The notes under the pieces were generated by a model, which was given only the letters and a program-made list of their open reading frames with translations, was not told the DNA's origin and searched no databases. The position numbers and the translations under genes are program-made. From positions 129,763 through 193,762 of the forward strand of contig CAVUQH010000024.1 in the NCBI GenBank assembly GCA_963743525.1: DNA of 64,000 nucleotides. Reading direction: 5' to 3'. Numbering within the stretch: the stretch's first letter is position 1; every line of letters begins with the position of its first letter. Shown here piece after piece: positions 25,352-34,734 of this stretch. This DNA is from an uncultured delta proteobacterium. GTDB lineage: Bacteria; Myxococcota_A; Polyangia; Haliangiales; Haliangiaceae.

Positions 25352-27375
25352 CAGTCGGCCAACCCCAGCCGTACGAGCAGCGCCTCGAGCGCCGGCTCGC
25401 GGCCCATGAACGAGCGGTACAGCTCCATCGGATCGCGCGTGTCTCCCGGCGCCAGCACCTCGTGGCGGAACGCCTGGCCGACCTCGCGATTGAACACTCC
25501 CTCGTCGCGGAAGCGGGTAAAGGCGTCGGCGTCGAGCACTTCGGCCCACTTGTACGAGTAGTAGCCGGCGGCGTAGCCGACCGGGCTGGAGAACAGGTGG
25601 CCGAACGAGCAGATCATCGCGTAGCTCTCGGGCAACGGCGTCGGCGTGTGGGCCTGCAGCACGTCGCGCGCATAACCGACCACGTCGCCGTCGCGCGCCG
25701 GGTCGTAGTCACAGTGCAGCGCCAGGTCGACCGAGGCGAAGCCGATCTGGCGCATCTGCGCGTTGCCGGCCCGGTAGGTGCGCGCGCGCTGCATCTTTTC
25801 GAACAACTCGGCGGGGATGGTCTCGCCGGTCTTCCAGTGGCGCGCAAACAGGTCGAGCGCCTCGCGCTCCCAGCACCAGTTCTCCATGATCTGCGACGGC
25901 AGCTCGACGAAGTCCCAGGCCACGTTCATCGCCCCGCGGCTGCGCACCGGCGAGTTGCCGACACAGTGATGCACCAGGTGGCCGAACTCGTGGAAGATGG
26001 TCTCGACTTCGCGGTGGGTGAGCAGCGCCGGCGTGTCGCCGACCGGCCGGTTGACGTTGGCGCAGAACAGGCCCAGGTGCGGCGACGGCCGCACGCCGGT
26101 GATCAGTCCGTTCATCCACGCCCCGCCGCGCTTGTTCTCGCGCGGGTACAGGTCGACGTAGAACGACGCCAGGTGGCTGCCGTCGGCGTCGACCATGCGA
26201 TAGGCGGTCACCTCCGGATCCCAGGTGGGGGCGCCGTCGTCCTTCTCCACGCCGATGCCGTACAGGCGCTGGACGGTGTCGAAGACGCCGCGCAGCACGG
26301 CGTCAGCGGGGAAGTACGGGCGCACCTCCTCCTCGTCGAAGGCGTACAGCGCCTTGCGCTGCTTCTCCGACCAGTAGCCGACGTCCCAAGCTTGCATCTC
26401 GCCGTCGTCGCCGGCGGCGCGGCGGAAGTCGATCAGCTCGCGGTTCTCGCGCTCGAAGGCGGCGCCGGTCTTGTCGCGCAGCTCGTCGACGAACGACCGG
26501 GCGCGGGCGGCGTTGCCGGCCATCCGGTCGGCGAGGACGAAGTCGGCCCAGTCGCCGTAGCCGAGCAGCCTGGCCTTCTGCCCGCGCAGCTCCAGCACCC
26601 GGGCGATGATCGCCGCGTTGTCCAGCGCGCCGCCGTTGGCGCGGCCGTTGTAGGCGCGCCAGACCGCCTCGCGCGTGGACGCGTCATCCATATAGGTGAG
26701 CACCGGGATGACGCTGGGCGCCTGCAGGGTGAAGCGCCAGCCCTCGACGCCCTTCTTCTTGGCGCTCTCGCGGGCGGCAGCGCGCGCCGATTCGGGCAGG
26801 CCGGCCAGGCGCGCCTCGTCGGTGACGACCAGCTCGAAGGCATTGGTCGCGTCCAGGGTGTGCTGGGAAAACTTGGTGGTCAGCGTCGACAGCTCGACGT
26901 CGATGGCCGCCAGCTTTTCCTTGCCGGCATCGTCGAGCTCGGCGCCGTGGCGGCGAAACTCGTCCAGCGTCTTGTCCAGGTGGCGCTTGCGCGCCCCGGT
27001 CAGCGCGCGGGCCTCGTCGGTCTCGGCGAAGTCGCGCAGCGCCTGCCACAGACCGGCGTGCATCGGGATCTTCGACCAGAACGCGCTGACCCGCGGCTGC
27101 ACCGCGTTGTAGGTCGCGCGCAGCGCCGGAGTCGTGGCCACCGACTCGAGGTGGCCGACCACGGTCATCGCCCACTCCAGGGGCTCGGTCGCCCGCTCGA
27201 GCGCGCCCAGCGTACTGTCGTAGGTGCGCGGCGCGGTGTCGGCGGCGATCGCTTCGATCGCTGCCTGACCGGCGGCGATCAGCTCGTCGACCGCCGGCTC
27301 GACGTGCTCTGCGGTGATGCGGTCGAACGGGACCGCGAACTTCACGGTGGTGAGGGGATTGGGCGAATTGGCCAT
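25351..27375 (-). CDS. M3 family metallopeptidase (oligopeptidase A / dipeptidyl carboxypeptidase Dcp-like)
   Basis: 674 aa. HEFGHLVHH zinc motif with downstream E. Thimet-oligopeptidase-like architecture. Confidence 0.9.
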   Translation of the reverse strand: MANSPNPLTTVKFAVPFDRITAEHVEPAVDELIAAGQAAIEAIAADTAPRTYDSTLGALERATEPLEWAMTVVGHLESVATTPALRATYNAVQPRVSAFWSKIPMHAGLWQALRDFAETDEARALTGARKRHLDKTLDEFRRHGAELDDAGKEKLAAIDVELSTLTTKFSQHTLDATNAFELVVTDEARLAGLPESARAAARESAKKKGVEGWRFTLQAPSVIPVLTYMDDASTREAVWRAYNGRANGGALDNAAIIARVLELRGQKARLLGYGDWADFVLADRMAGNAARARSFVDELRDKTGAAFERENRELIDFRRAAGDDGEMQAWDVGYWSEKQRKALYAFDEEEVRPYFPADAVLRGVFDTVQRLYGIGVEKDDGAPTWDPEVTAYRMVDADGSHLASFYVDLYPRENKRGGAWMNGLITGVRPSPHLGLFCANVNRPVGDTPALLTHREVETIFHEFGHLVHHCVGNSPVRSRGAMNVAWDFVELPSQIMENWCWEREALDLFARHWKTGETIPAELFEKMQRARTYRAGNAQMRQIGFASVDLALHCDYDPARDGDVVGYARDVLQAHTPTPLPESYAMICSFGHLFSSPVGYAAGYYSYKWAEVLDADAFTRFRDEGVFNREVGQAFRHEVLAPGDTRDPMELYRSFMGREPALEALLVRLGLAD

Positions 27376-27557
27376 GACGGCAGGAGCCTACCAGGCTCCC
27401 AGAGCGCCGACCGGCTTACGACCGCTCGCCAAATCGCGTAGCTGCGTCGCATGGCGGCGTCGCTCATCAGTCGCTGGCGCCCACCCAACTCCTTCTTCGC
27501 TCCTTGCCCTGCTCGCATCTACGCGATTTCGCTTCGCATCGCAAACCGATCGGCGCT

Positions 27558-28169
27558 CTAGCGGCCGCGCTCGCGCACCTCCCAGGCGATGAAGTCGTCC
27601 TCGACCCGGGTGTCGAAATCGACCTGTCCGCCGGGCAGGCGCATGCCGCTCAGGTGGTCCACCACGCACGCCGTCAGTGGATCCGCGGGATCGCCGTCGA
27701 TGGCGCGGAGATCGGCCACCGTGGCCCAGCCCCCGCGCACCTGCAGGCGAAAGTCGACGCGCACGTGGTCGTCGTCGGGGCGTCCTTCGAAGCAGCTGCG
27801 CACGGTGGCGACGAACATCGGTCGGACCGTCCCCATCAACTGATCCCAGTCGACGCCGGCGGGCACGTCGTCCGGGCGCCAGGCTCTGCCAGCGTCGAAC
27901 CGCGCCGCCACAGCGACGGCGGCGTCGGCGATCGGCCGGCGCCGCACCACGACGCGCGGAGCGACCGGCGCGGCATCGGCGGGAGTGGGCGTCGCCACAG
28001 CGTGGTCGGCCAACTGCCGCGACTGGACCAACAGCGTGACGATCCCCGCGAGCAACACGAGTGCGGCCACGGCAAAGGCGATGGTGCGGCTGCGCGACAC
28101 GTGCCGCCAGCGTACCAGCAGGTAGCAACCGAAAATCCGCTGCCCACGAATGTGGGCAGCCCGGGTCAT
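27558..28169 (-). CDS. Hypothetical single-pass membrane protein
   Basis: TM helix TIAFAVAALVLLAGIVTLLV, then Ala/Pro linker and C-terminal domain. Start uncertain: the ATG at 28169 overlaps a hairpin at 28140-28159. Confidence 0.5.
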   Translation of the reverse strand: MTRAAHIRGQRIFGCYLLVRWRHVSRSRTIAFAVAALVLLAGIVTLLVQSRQLADHAVATPTPADAAPVAPRVVVRRRPIADAAVAVAARFDAGRAWRPDDVPAGVDWDQLMGTVRPMFVATVRSCFEGRPDDDHVRVDFRLQVRGGWATVADLRAIDGDPADPLTACVVDHLSGMRLPGGQVDFDTRVEDDFIAWEVRERGR

Positions 28170-28266
28170 CCCATGCCGTACGCATGTATCCGGGATCACG
28201 CGCGTGGCCCCATGGAACAGCGGTTGCAGCTCGTGTGACCTGCAAACGACGAGGGGAGGGTTACGA

Positions 28267-28986
28267 ATGATACGGACGATGATCGTCGCCGTGGCACTCG
28301 CGTCGGTGGCGTGTACCCCGCCGCCGAGCGACCTCACCGCGAATCAGAAGGGGCTGACCATTGCGGCTCACGACGACACCGAGCTGTCGGGCAGCTACCG
28401 CGCGTTTGGTGTCGACCTGGAGTTCGCGTTCATCGAGAGCGAGCCGAACGTGGTCGACGTAACCTACGACTTCGGCGACCAGGTGATCGCGTTCCGCCTC
28501 GACTACGCCCGGGGCCAGGGCGACTTCGATCCCAGCGCGGCGACGTTGCGCGAGGATCAGAAGTCGGCGATCGAAGGCTTCTACCAGGCGCTTCAGCCGC
28601 AGCTGGCAGCGACCTCCGACGACCGCCCGCTGGTCGAGGATGTCGCGGTACGCATCACCAGCCTGATGCACATCGTTCCCGCGGGCGAGCAGCTCGAGGC
28701 CGGCACCTTCGTCGCGCAGCGCGGCTGGGTGCACATCTCGTGCAGCTGCAAGACCCAGTACATCGGCAGCGGCTACTACCGCAAGGCGGGCAAGGGCAGC
28801 TGGTGCACCGGCGGCAGCGGCCGCGGATGCAAGGGACGCTGCGGCGTCGGCTGTGGCTACGACAACCTCTGTTGGGGCTACGCCACCGGCACCTACACCC
28901 GCGACTGCGCCAAGCACGACTACGGGCTGGGCAGCTGGTGGAGCGCGAGCGACGACTATTCGTTCTCCAGCTACAACTGCTGCTAG
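28267..28986 (+). CDS. Lipoprotein with Cys-rich C-terminal module
   Basis: RBS gaggggaggg. MIRTMIVAVALASVAC lipobox. C-terminal ISCSCKTQYIGSGYYRKAGKGSWCTGGSGRGCKGRCGVGCGYDNLCWGY...YNCC. Confidence 0.65.
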   Translation: MIRTMIVAVALASVACTPPPSDLTANQKGLTIAAHDDTELSGSYRAFGVDLEFAFIESEPNVVDVTYDFGDQVIAFRLDYARGQGDFDPSAATLREDQKSAIEGFYQALQPQLAATSDDRPLVEDVAVRITSLMHIVPAGEQLEAGTFVAQRGWVHISCSCKTQYIGSGYYRKAGKGSWCTGGSGRGCKGRCGVGCGYDNLCWGYATGTYTRDCAKHDYGLGSWWSASDDYSFSSYNCC

Positions 28987-28990
28987 CGTC

Positions 28991-30367
28991 ATGACCGCGC
29001 TCGTAGCCATGACGCCGGCGTGTCAGCGCCAACCGCAGTCGGTGCGCGCTGCCATCGTCGGCGGCGCGCCGTCGACCGCGGACGTGGCCGTGGTCGCGCT
29101 GGTAGCGCCACCGCTGGCGTGCGGCGACGACGAGCAGCTACTGTGCAGCGGCGCCCTGGTCGGGCCGCGCGCCGTGCTGACCGCCGCCCATTGTGTCAAC
29201 CTGGCGCCTCCCGGCACGTTGCGGCTGTTCGCCGGCAGCGAGGTGGGCGGCACCGGCATGCACCTCGAGGTCAACCGCGCGTGGACGCACCCCGACTACG
29301 ACGGCGTCGATCACGACCTGGCGATCCTGTCGCTGCGCGCGCCCGTCGACGACATCGCGCCGCTGGCCATCGACGACCGCACCATCGACGACTCGTTCGT
29401 CGGCGAGTCGGTGCGCGTGGCCGGCTTCGGTGCCGATGACGATGGCGTCGTGGGCGCCCGCCGGCAGGGCACGTCACGAGTGTCGGAGGTCGGGCCGCTG
29501 ACCTTCGTGTCCACGCCGGCGCCGGGCAACAGCTGCGAGGGCGACAGCGGCGGACCGGTCGTGCGCGCCAGCGACAGCGGTGATGCCATCGCCGGCGTCA
29601 CCGTCTCGGGCGATCCCGGGTGCGCGCTGACCGGCGTCAATGCGCGGGTCGACGTCGAGCTCGCCTGGATCGATGACACGCTCGCGGCGATCGACAGCCG
29701 CCCCGCGCCCGGCAACGAACCGCCGAGCGCCGACGACTGCACCGACGGTGGCTGCAGCGCCGGCGGCCGCGGGGCGTGGTGGCTGCTCCTCGTGCTGGTG
29801 GCGCTGCTGGTCGGCTGCGGCCGCACCGGCGCCGCCGAGCGAGCGTCTGGCCCCTGCCCCGCCGGCACCACGCTGCGCGGCGCGCCGCCCCCGGACGGCC
29901 GCGCCCAGTGGTGCGAGCGCCGCGGCGCCAAGCACGGCCCGTGGACCGAGTGGTACGCCGACGGTCGGGTGAAGTCGCGCGGCGCCTTCGCCGACGGACA
30001 GATGACCGGCCGCTGGGTGCACTACCAGCCCGACGGCGCCGTCGCCGACGAAGGCAACTACGTCGCCGGCGTCAAAGACGGTCCGTGGAAGAGCTTCGAA
30101 GACGGCCGCGTGGTTCGCGCGACCACCTACTCCAGGCGCGGCGCCGAGGCGCGCTTCACCGCCTATCGCGACGACGGCTCGCGCTGGGCCGAAGGGGTGT
30201 TCCTCGACCAGAAGGAGAACGGCCCCTACCGCGAGTGGCACGCCAACGGTCAGCTCGCGGCCGAAGGCAGTTACCGCGACGGCGAACGCGTCGGCAGCTG
30301 GCACTACTGGGAGCCGGACGGCACGCCGACCGACGTCGAACAGGGCGCCTTCGCCGGCCAGGACTGA
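28991..30367 (+). CDS. Trypsin-like (S1) serine protease fused through a hydrophobic segment to a MORN-repeat domain
   Basis: IVGG...TAAHC...DLAIL...GDSGGP catalytic triad context. Then CTDGGCSAGGRGAWWLLLVLVALLVGC (MYXO-CTERM-like or TM). Then MORN-type repeats GPWTEWYADGRVKSRGAFADGQMTGRWVHYQPDG. Confidence 0.8.
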   Translation: MTALVAMTPACQRQPQSVRAAIVGGAPSTADVAVVALVAPPLACGDDEQLLCSGALVGPRAVLTAAHCVNLAPPGTLRLFAGSEVGGTGMHLEVNRAWTHPDYDGVDHDLAILSLRAPVDDIAPLAIDDRTIDDSFVGESVRVAGFGADDDGVVGARRQGTSRVSEVGPLTFVSTPAPGNSCEGDSGGPVVRASDSGDAIAGVTVSGDPGCALTGVNARVDVELAWIDDTLAAIDSRPAPGNEPPSADDCTDGGCSAGGRGAWWLLLVLVALLVGCGRTGAAERASGPCPAGTTLRGAPPPDGRAQWCERRGAKHGPWTEWYADGRVKSRGAFADGQMTGRWVHYQPDGAVADEGNYVAGVKDGPWKSFEDGRVVRATTYSRRGAEARFTAYRDDGSRWAEGVFLDQKENGPYREWHANGQLAAEGSYRDGERVGSWHYWEPDGTPTDVEQGAFAGQD

Positions 30368-30371
30368 CCAG

Positions 30372-30815
30372 CTAGCCGCGCGCGTAGCAGGTGGCGTCGA
30401 GCAGCCACCGCTGTTCTTCCATGCGCGCGCGGCGCCAGGTCTCGACGACGTACTCGCGCAGCATGCGCTTGTGCCGCGACGCCGCGGACACGATCTCGAT
30501 CCCGGTGGTGCGGACGACGCCCGACAGCCCGCCGTCGGCGCGCCGCGGCAGCCGCCAGATCTCGTCGAAGCGGACCGCGCCCTGCGCCCACATCACCTCG
30601 TCGACTTCCGGCAGCTCGAGCTCGAGGCGCACCAGCCTGGGCGTCCGGCCGAGCAGTGGCCGCTGGATGCGCAGGCCGTCGGCGGACAGGTCGACGACCA
30701 GCCCGTGACGGAGCGCTTCAGTCCCATCATCCTCGGCAATCTCGGTGCAGAACGTCTCCACAGGGATGCGCGGATTGATGCGTTTCTGCGAACTTACGTC
30801 GAAAATGCCGAGCAT
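30372..30815 (-). CDS. PilZ domain protein (c-di-GMP-binding receptor candidate)
   Basis: Internal ATG at 30815. QKRINPRIPVE (RxxxR-like) and DLSADGLRIQ (DxSxxG) PilZ motifs. Confidence 0.7.
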   Translation of the reverse strand: MLGIFDVSSQKRINPRIPVETFCTEIAEDDGTEALRHGLVVDLSADGLRIQRPLLGRTPRLVRLELELPEVDEVMWAQGAVRFDEIWRLPRRADGGLSGVVRTTGIEIVSAASRHKRMLREYVVETWRRARMEEQRWLLDATCYARG

Positions 30816-30985
30816 GTAGGATATTGTAGGTACAAACCGCTGGGGGCGGCAAGAAAACCGCCGGTGCTGCTCCGCGACGGCACAGGCTGCTCCGGCGCGA
30901 ACCACGCCCGCCACGCGGGTTCGCCCACTTGCCCGCGGCACGGACGTTGCTCTTCTCCGCGATGAACAGCCGGAGGAGACGCCGC

Positions 30986-33016
30986 ATGAGTGAACGCGAA
31001 GTCCGTGAGCGCGACATCCTGGTCGCCCCCAACGAGTACGCCTACGTCCAGGACCTGACCAAGGGCGACATCGTCCTCTACGTCGGGCCGACCAAGATCA
31101 GCCTGTCCAACACCGAGCGCATGGTCATCCTGCGCGACGGCCGGTTCGTGCCGGTGCGTGGGGACGAGGCCGGTCTCGGCGTGCACCCGTTCGTCGAGGC
31201 CAGCTCGTCGCAATACATCATCCTCGACAACCCGGCCGCCGACGCCGAGGCCAGGCCGGTCAAGGGCGCCTGCTCGGCAGTGCCGCTGAGCATGGGCCGC
31301 ACGATCGTCGTGCCCGGTCCCGCCCGCTTTCCCCTGTGGCCGGGGCAGCGCGCCCAGGTGATCGACGGCCACCAGCTGCGCGACGACGAATACCTGGTGG
31401 TGCGCGTCTACGACGACGACGGCTCGGGCGCACCGATCGGCACCGAGCAGATCATCCGCGGCAGCGACGTGTCGTTCTACGTGCCGCCCAGCGGACGCGA
31501 AGTGGTGCCCAACGCCGGCGGCCGCTACGAACGCCAGGCCTGGCGACTCGACGGCCGCGGCGGTCTGCACCTGCGCGTGACTGCGCCGTTCGAGGCCGGT
31601 GACGGTGACCAGGTGCCGGCGGGCAGCTACCAGCCTGGGCAGGATCTGTTCCTGCGCGGGCGCGAGGGCTACTTCTTCCCCACCGATTCGCTCGAGGTGC
31701 TGGGCGCCGTCGAGCCGATCGCGCTGGCCGAGCGCGAGGCGATCTACGTGCGCGACCACGCCACCGGACGGATCGCCACCGTCGCCGGGCCGCGCACCTT
31801 CCTCCTCGATCCGATCCGCGAAGAGCTGGTGCGCCGCCGCCTGGATCCGGCGACCCGCGTCCATTATCACGTCGCCGCGGCCGGCGACGATCGCGCACCC
31901 ACCATCTATGTGCCGCCCAGCACCGCGGTCATGGTCACCGCGCGCGACCGCCGCGAGGTGGTAATCGGCCCGACGACCCGCGTGCTCGCCTACGACGAAG
32001 AGCTGGAGACCCTGACGCTGTCGACCGGCCGGCCCAAGTCCGACGACCATCTGTTGCCCACCTGCTTCTTGCGCATCCAGGGCAACAAGGTGTCGGACCG
32101 GGTCACGGTCAAGACCGCCGACCACGTGGAGCTGGAGGTCAACCTGTCGTATCGAGTGTCGTTCGCCGGCGACAGCGAGCGCTGGTTCAACGTCAAGGAC
32201 TACGTCGGCCTGCTGTGCGACCACCTGGCGTCGATCATCCGCGCCGCCGCACGGGCGACGCCGATCGAGTCGTTCCACGCCCGGTCAACCGACGTTCTGC
32301 GCACGGCGATCCTCGGACCGCGTGCCGACGGCGGCGAGCGCGAGGGACGCCACTTCGTCGAGAACGGCATGTGGGTCTACGACGTCGAGGTGCTCGACGT
32401 GCGCATCCTCGACGACGACGTCAACGAGCTGTTGTGCGACGCCCAGCGCGTGGCCATCGTCTCCGACATCACCCGCAAGCAGGCCGAGCTGCGCCTCGGC
32501 GACCAGGCGCTGGAGCAGCGGGTCGAGCGCGAGATCCTCCAGGCCCGCGCCGAGACCGACGCCGCCCGCGCCGCGCTCGAGGCCCGCACCCGCGAGCTGG
32601 CACTGGCCGAGGCCGGCACCCGCGTCGAGGTCGATCGCCTCGAGCGAGTCGGCCGCGCCGCCGCCGAAGCCGACGCCCTCGAGCGCGTCGAGCGAACCCG
32701 CCTGGCTCTGGCCGCAGACGAGAGCGAGGTCGAGCGCCGCCGCCTGGAAGCCCGCGCCGCCGCCTTCCGCTCCGAGATGGAAGCGATCGCCCCCGAGCTG
32801 ATCGCCACGCTCAAGAGCGTCGCCGGGCAGAAGCTCGCCGGTGAGCTGTCGCGCAACCTCTCTCCGCTGGCGATCCTCGGCGGCGACAGCGTCGCCGACG
32901 TCGCCTCACGCCTGCTCGCCCACCTGCCGCTCGGCCCTGGCCGGACCAATGGCAGCGTCGACCTCCGCGCCCTGCTCGGCCTGGGAGACGACCCCGACGA
33001 GCCCGCGGACGCATAG
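30986..33016 (+). CDS. Major vault protein (MVP) homolog: N-terminal MVP repeats, shoulder domain and coiled-coil cap-helix region
   Basis: Strong RBS ccggaggagacgccgcATG. ILVAPNEYAYVQDLTKGDIVLYVGPTKISLSNTERMV resembles MVP repeat 1 ([37 protein letters not shown]). LSTGRPKSDDHLL...TADHVELEVNLSYRVSF...DYVGLLCDHLASIIRAAARATPIESFHARSTDVLRTAILG aligns to the MVP shoulder region (SAGRPK...TADHARLQLQLAYNWHF...[40 protein letters not shown]). Long Glu/Arg/Ala coiled coil as in the cap-helix domain. Confidence 0.85.
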   Translation: MSEREVRERDILVAPNEYAYVQDLTKGDIVLYVGPTKISLSNTERMVILRDGRFVPVRGDEAGLGVHPFVEASSSQYIILDNPAADAEARPVKGACSAVPLSMGRTIVVPGPARFPLWPGQRAQVIDGHQLRDDEYLVVRVYDDDGSGAPIGTEQIIRGSDVSFYVPPSGREVVPNAGGRYERQAWRLDGRGGLHLRVTAPFEAGDGDQVPAGSYQPGQDLFLRGREGYFFPTDSLEVLGAVEPIALAEREAIYVRDHATGRIATVAGPRTFLLDPIREELVRRRLDPATRVHYHVAAAGDDRAPTIYVPPSTAVMVTARDRREVVIGPTTRVLAYDEELETLTLSTGRPKSDDHLLPTCFLRIQGNKVSDRVTVKTADHVELEVNLSYRVSFAGDSERWFNVKDYVGLLCDHLASIIRAAARATPIESFHARSTDVLRTAILGPRADGGEREGRHFVENGMWVYDVEVLDVRILDDDVNELLCDAQRVAIVSDITRKQAELRLGDQALEQRVEREILQARAETDAARAALEARTRELALAEAGTRVEVDRLERVGRAAAEADALERVERTRLALAADESEVERRRLEARAAAFRSEMEAIAPELIATLKSVAGQKLAGELSRNLSPLAILGGDSVADVASRLLAHLPLGPGRTNGSVDLRALLGLGDDPDEPADA

Positions 33017-33069
33017 TCGGCGGGGCGGATTGGGCTTGGACTCCTTCGGCATCTCGCGTATGTGAAGGT

Positions 33070-34653
33070 GTGCGTACCCGGCCAGTCCTCGCGCTCTCCG
33101 CCCTGCTCTTGGCCTCCGGCTGTGGCAACGACCCGCCGCCGACCATCGACTTCGCCGCGCCGGGCTCGATCTCGGCGCCGTCGGGCAAGGGCAGCTTTCG
33201 CTTCGGCGCGTCGACGGCGGCGACGCAGATCGAAGACATGGACGAGCACACCGACTGGTGGGCGTGGACCGCGCCGGAGGCGATGGGCGGGCTGGGCAGG
33301 GACACCTTCGTCGGCGACGCGACGATGGGCTACAGCAAGGCGATCGACGACATCGACCTGCTCGAGGCGATGCACCTCGACTCGTATCGCTTCAGCATCG
33401 AGTGGGCGCGCATCGAGCCGCAGCCGGGGGTGATCGACGAGGCCGCCCTGGCCCACTACGACGCGCTGATCGACGCGCTGGTCGAGCGCGGCATCAAGCC
33501 GATGGTCACCATCCACCACTTCTCCAACCCGACCTGGGTCGCCGATCCGCGGGTCACCGGCTGCCCCGACGGCGTCACCGCCGACTACCTGTGCGGTTGG
33601 AACTATCCCGACGGCGCCGACGCCATCGTCGCGGCGATGGCGGCCCACGCCCAGCTGCTGGCCGAGCGCTACGGCGACCGGGTCGACGAGTGGGCCACGG
33701 TCAACGAGCCGGTCAACTACCTCATCGCCAGCTACGGCGTCGGCTTCATGCCGCCGGGGCGCAGCCTGCTGATCAGCGACTTCCCCCGCTTCATGGACGT
33801 CTTCCGCGGCTACGTGCGCGGGCACGTGGCCATGTACGACGCGCTCAAGCAGTACGACACCATCGACGCCGACGGCGACGGCGTGGCCGCCAGCGTCGGC
33901 CTCACCCTGAGCGTGGCCGAGTGGGTGCCGGCGCGCGACAACCTGCCCAGCGACAACCCGGACGACATCGCCGCCGTCAACCGGGTGCGCAACGCCTATC
34001 ACTACGAGTTCGTCGAAGCGCTGCGACAGGGCGCCTTCGACGCCAACCTCGACGGCACCTACGAGGAGAGCCACCCGGAATGGGCGGGCAAGCTCGACTG
34101 GCTGGGCGTGCAGTACTACAGCCGCATCAGCGTGTCGGCCGACCGCGCCATCATCCCCGGCGTCAACGCGATGGTCTGTTTCGGCGGCTTCGACCTCGGC
34201 TCGTGCCTGGCGCCCGAGGATCCCACCCACTGGGTTCCGACCATGAGCTACGAGTATTACGAGCCGGGGCTGTACAACGTGCTGACCGACTTCTCCCAGC
34301 GCTGGCCCGACCTGCCGCTGATGGTCACCGAGTCGGGCATCGCCACCGATGTCGGCAAGCGGCGCGCCGAGCACGTGGTCCGCTCGCTGGAGCAGATCCA
34401 GAAGGCGATCGACGCCGGCGTCAACGTGCGCGGCTACTACCACTGGAGCCTGACCGACAACTTCGAGTGGAACCAGGGCTTCGCGCCTCACTTCGGCCTG
34501 TACCGGGTCGACTACGACACCTACGAGCGGACGGCGACCGAGGGCGCCACAGTGCTGGGCGATATCGCCGGCGCGCGCCAGCTGACCGGCGACCAGCGCA
34601 AGGAGTACGGCGGCCTCGGACCGATGACTCCGGAAGACGGCGCCGGCCAGTAG
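33070..34653 (+). CDS. GH1 family beta-glucosidase, lipoprotein
   Basis: GTG start with gaagg RBS. Lipobox LLLASGC. GH1 motifs YRFSIEWARIEP, TVNEP (acid/base), VTESGIA (nucleophile region), YYHWSLTDNFEW. Confidence 0.9.
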   Translation: MRTRPVLALSALLLASGCGNDPPPTIDFAAPGSISAPSGKGSFRFGASTAATQIEDMDEHTDWWAWTAPEAMGGLGRDTFVGDATMGYSKAIDDIDLLEAMHLDSYRFSIEWARIEPQPGVIDEAALAHYDALIDALVERGIKPMVTIHHFSNPTWVADPRVTGCPDGVTADYLCGWNYPDGADAIVAAMAAHAQLLAERYGDRVDEWATVNEPVNYLIASYGVGFMPPGRSLLISDFPRFMDVFRGYVRGHVAMYDALKQYDTIDADGDGVAASVGLTLSVAEWVPARDNLPSDNPDDIAAVNRVRNAYHYEFVEALRQGAFDANLDGTYEESHPEWAGKLDWLGVQYYSRISVSADRAIIPGVNAMVCFGGFDLGSCLAPEDPTHWVPTMSYEYYEPGLYNVLTDFSQRWPDLPLMVTESGIATDVGKRRAEHVVRSLEQIQKAIDAGVNVRGYYHWSLTDNFEWNQGFAPHFGLYRVDYDTYERTATEGATVLGDIAGARQLTGDQRKEYGGLGPMTPEDGAGQ

Positions 34654-34734
34654 TCGGCGTGACCGCGCGCACGCCAGGCGGCAAGCCGATTGTTGCCGGC
34701 ATGAACCGGCGTCGCGCCGTGATAGCGTCAACCC

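Noticed and set aside
25294-27441. 715-aa plus-strand ORF antisense to the M3 peptidase
   Set aside because: No motifs. The M3 peptidase on the minus strand has HEFGH and a coupled downstream lipoprotein.
27431-27529. 11-bp inverted repeat (aaatcgcgtag ... ctacgcgattt) separated by 77 bp upstream of the M3 peptidase operon
   Set aside because: Too widely spaced for a simple operator or terminator. Could be coincidental in a region with short local repeats. Kept only as a low-priority note.
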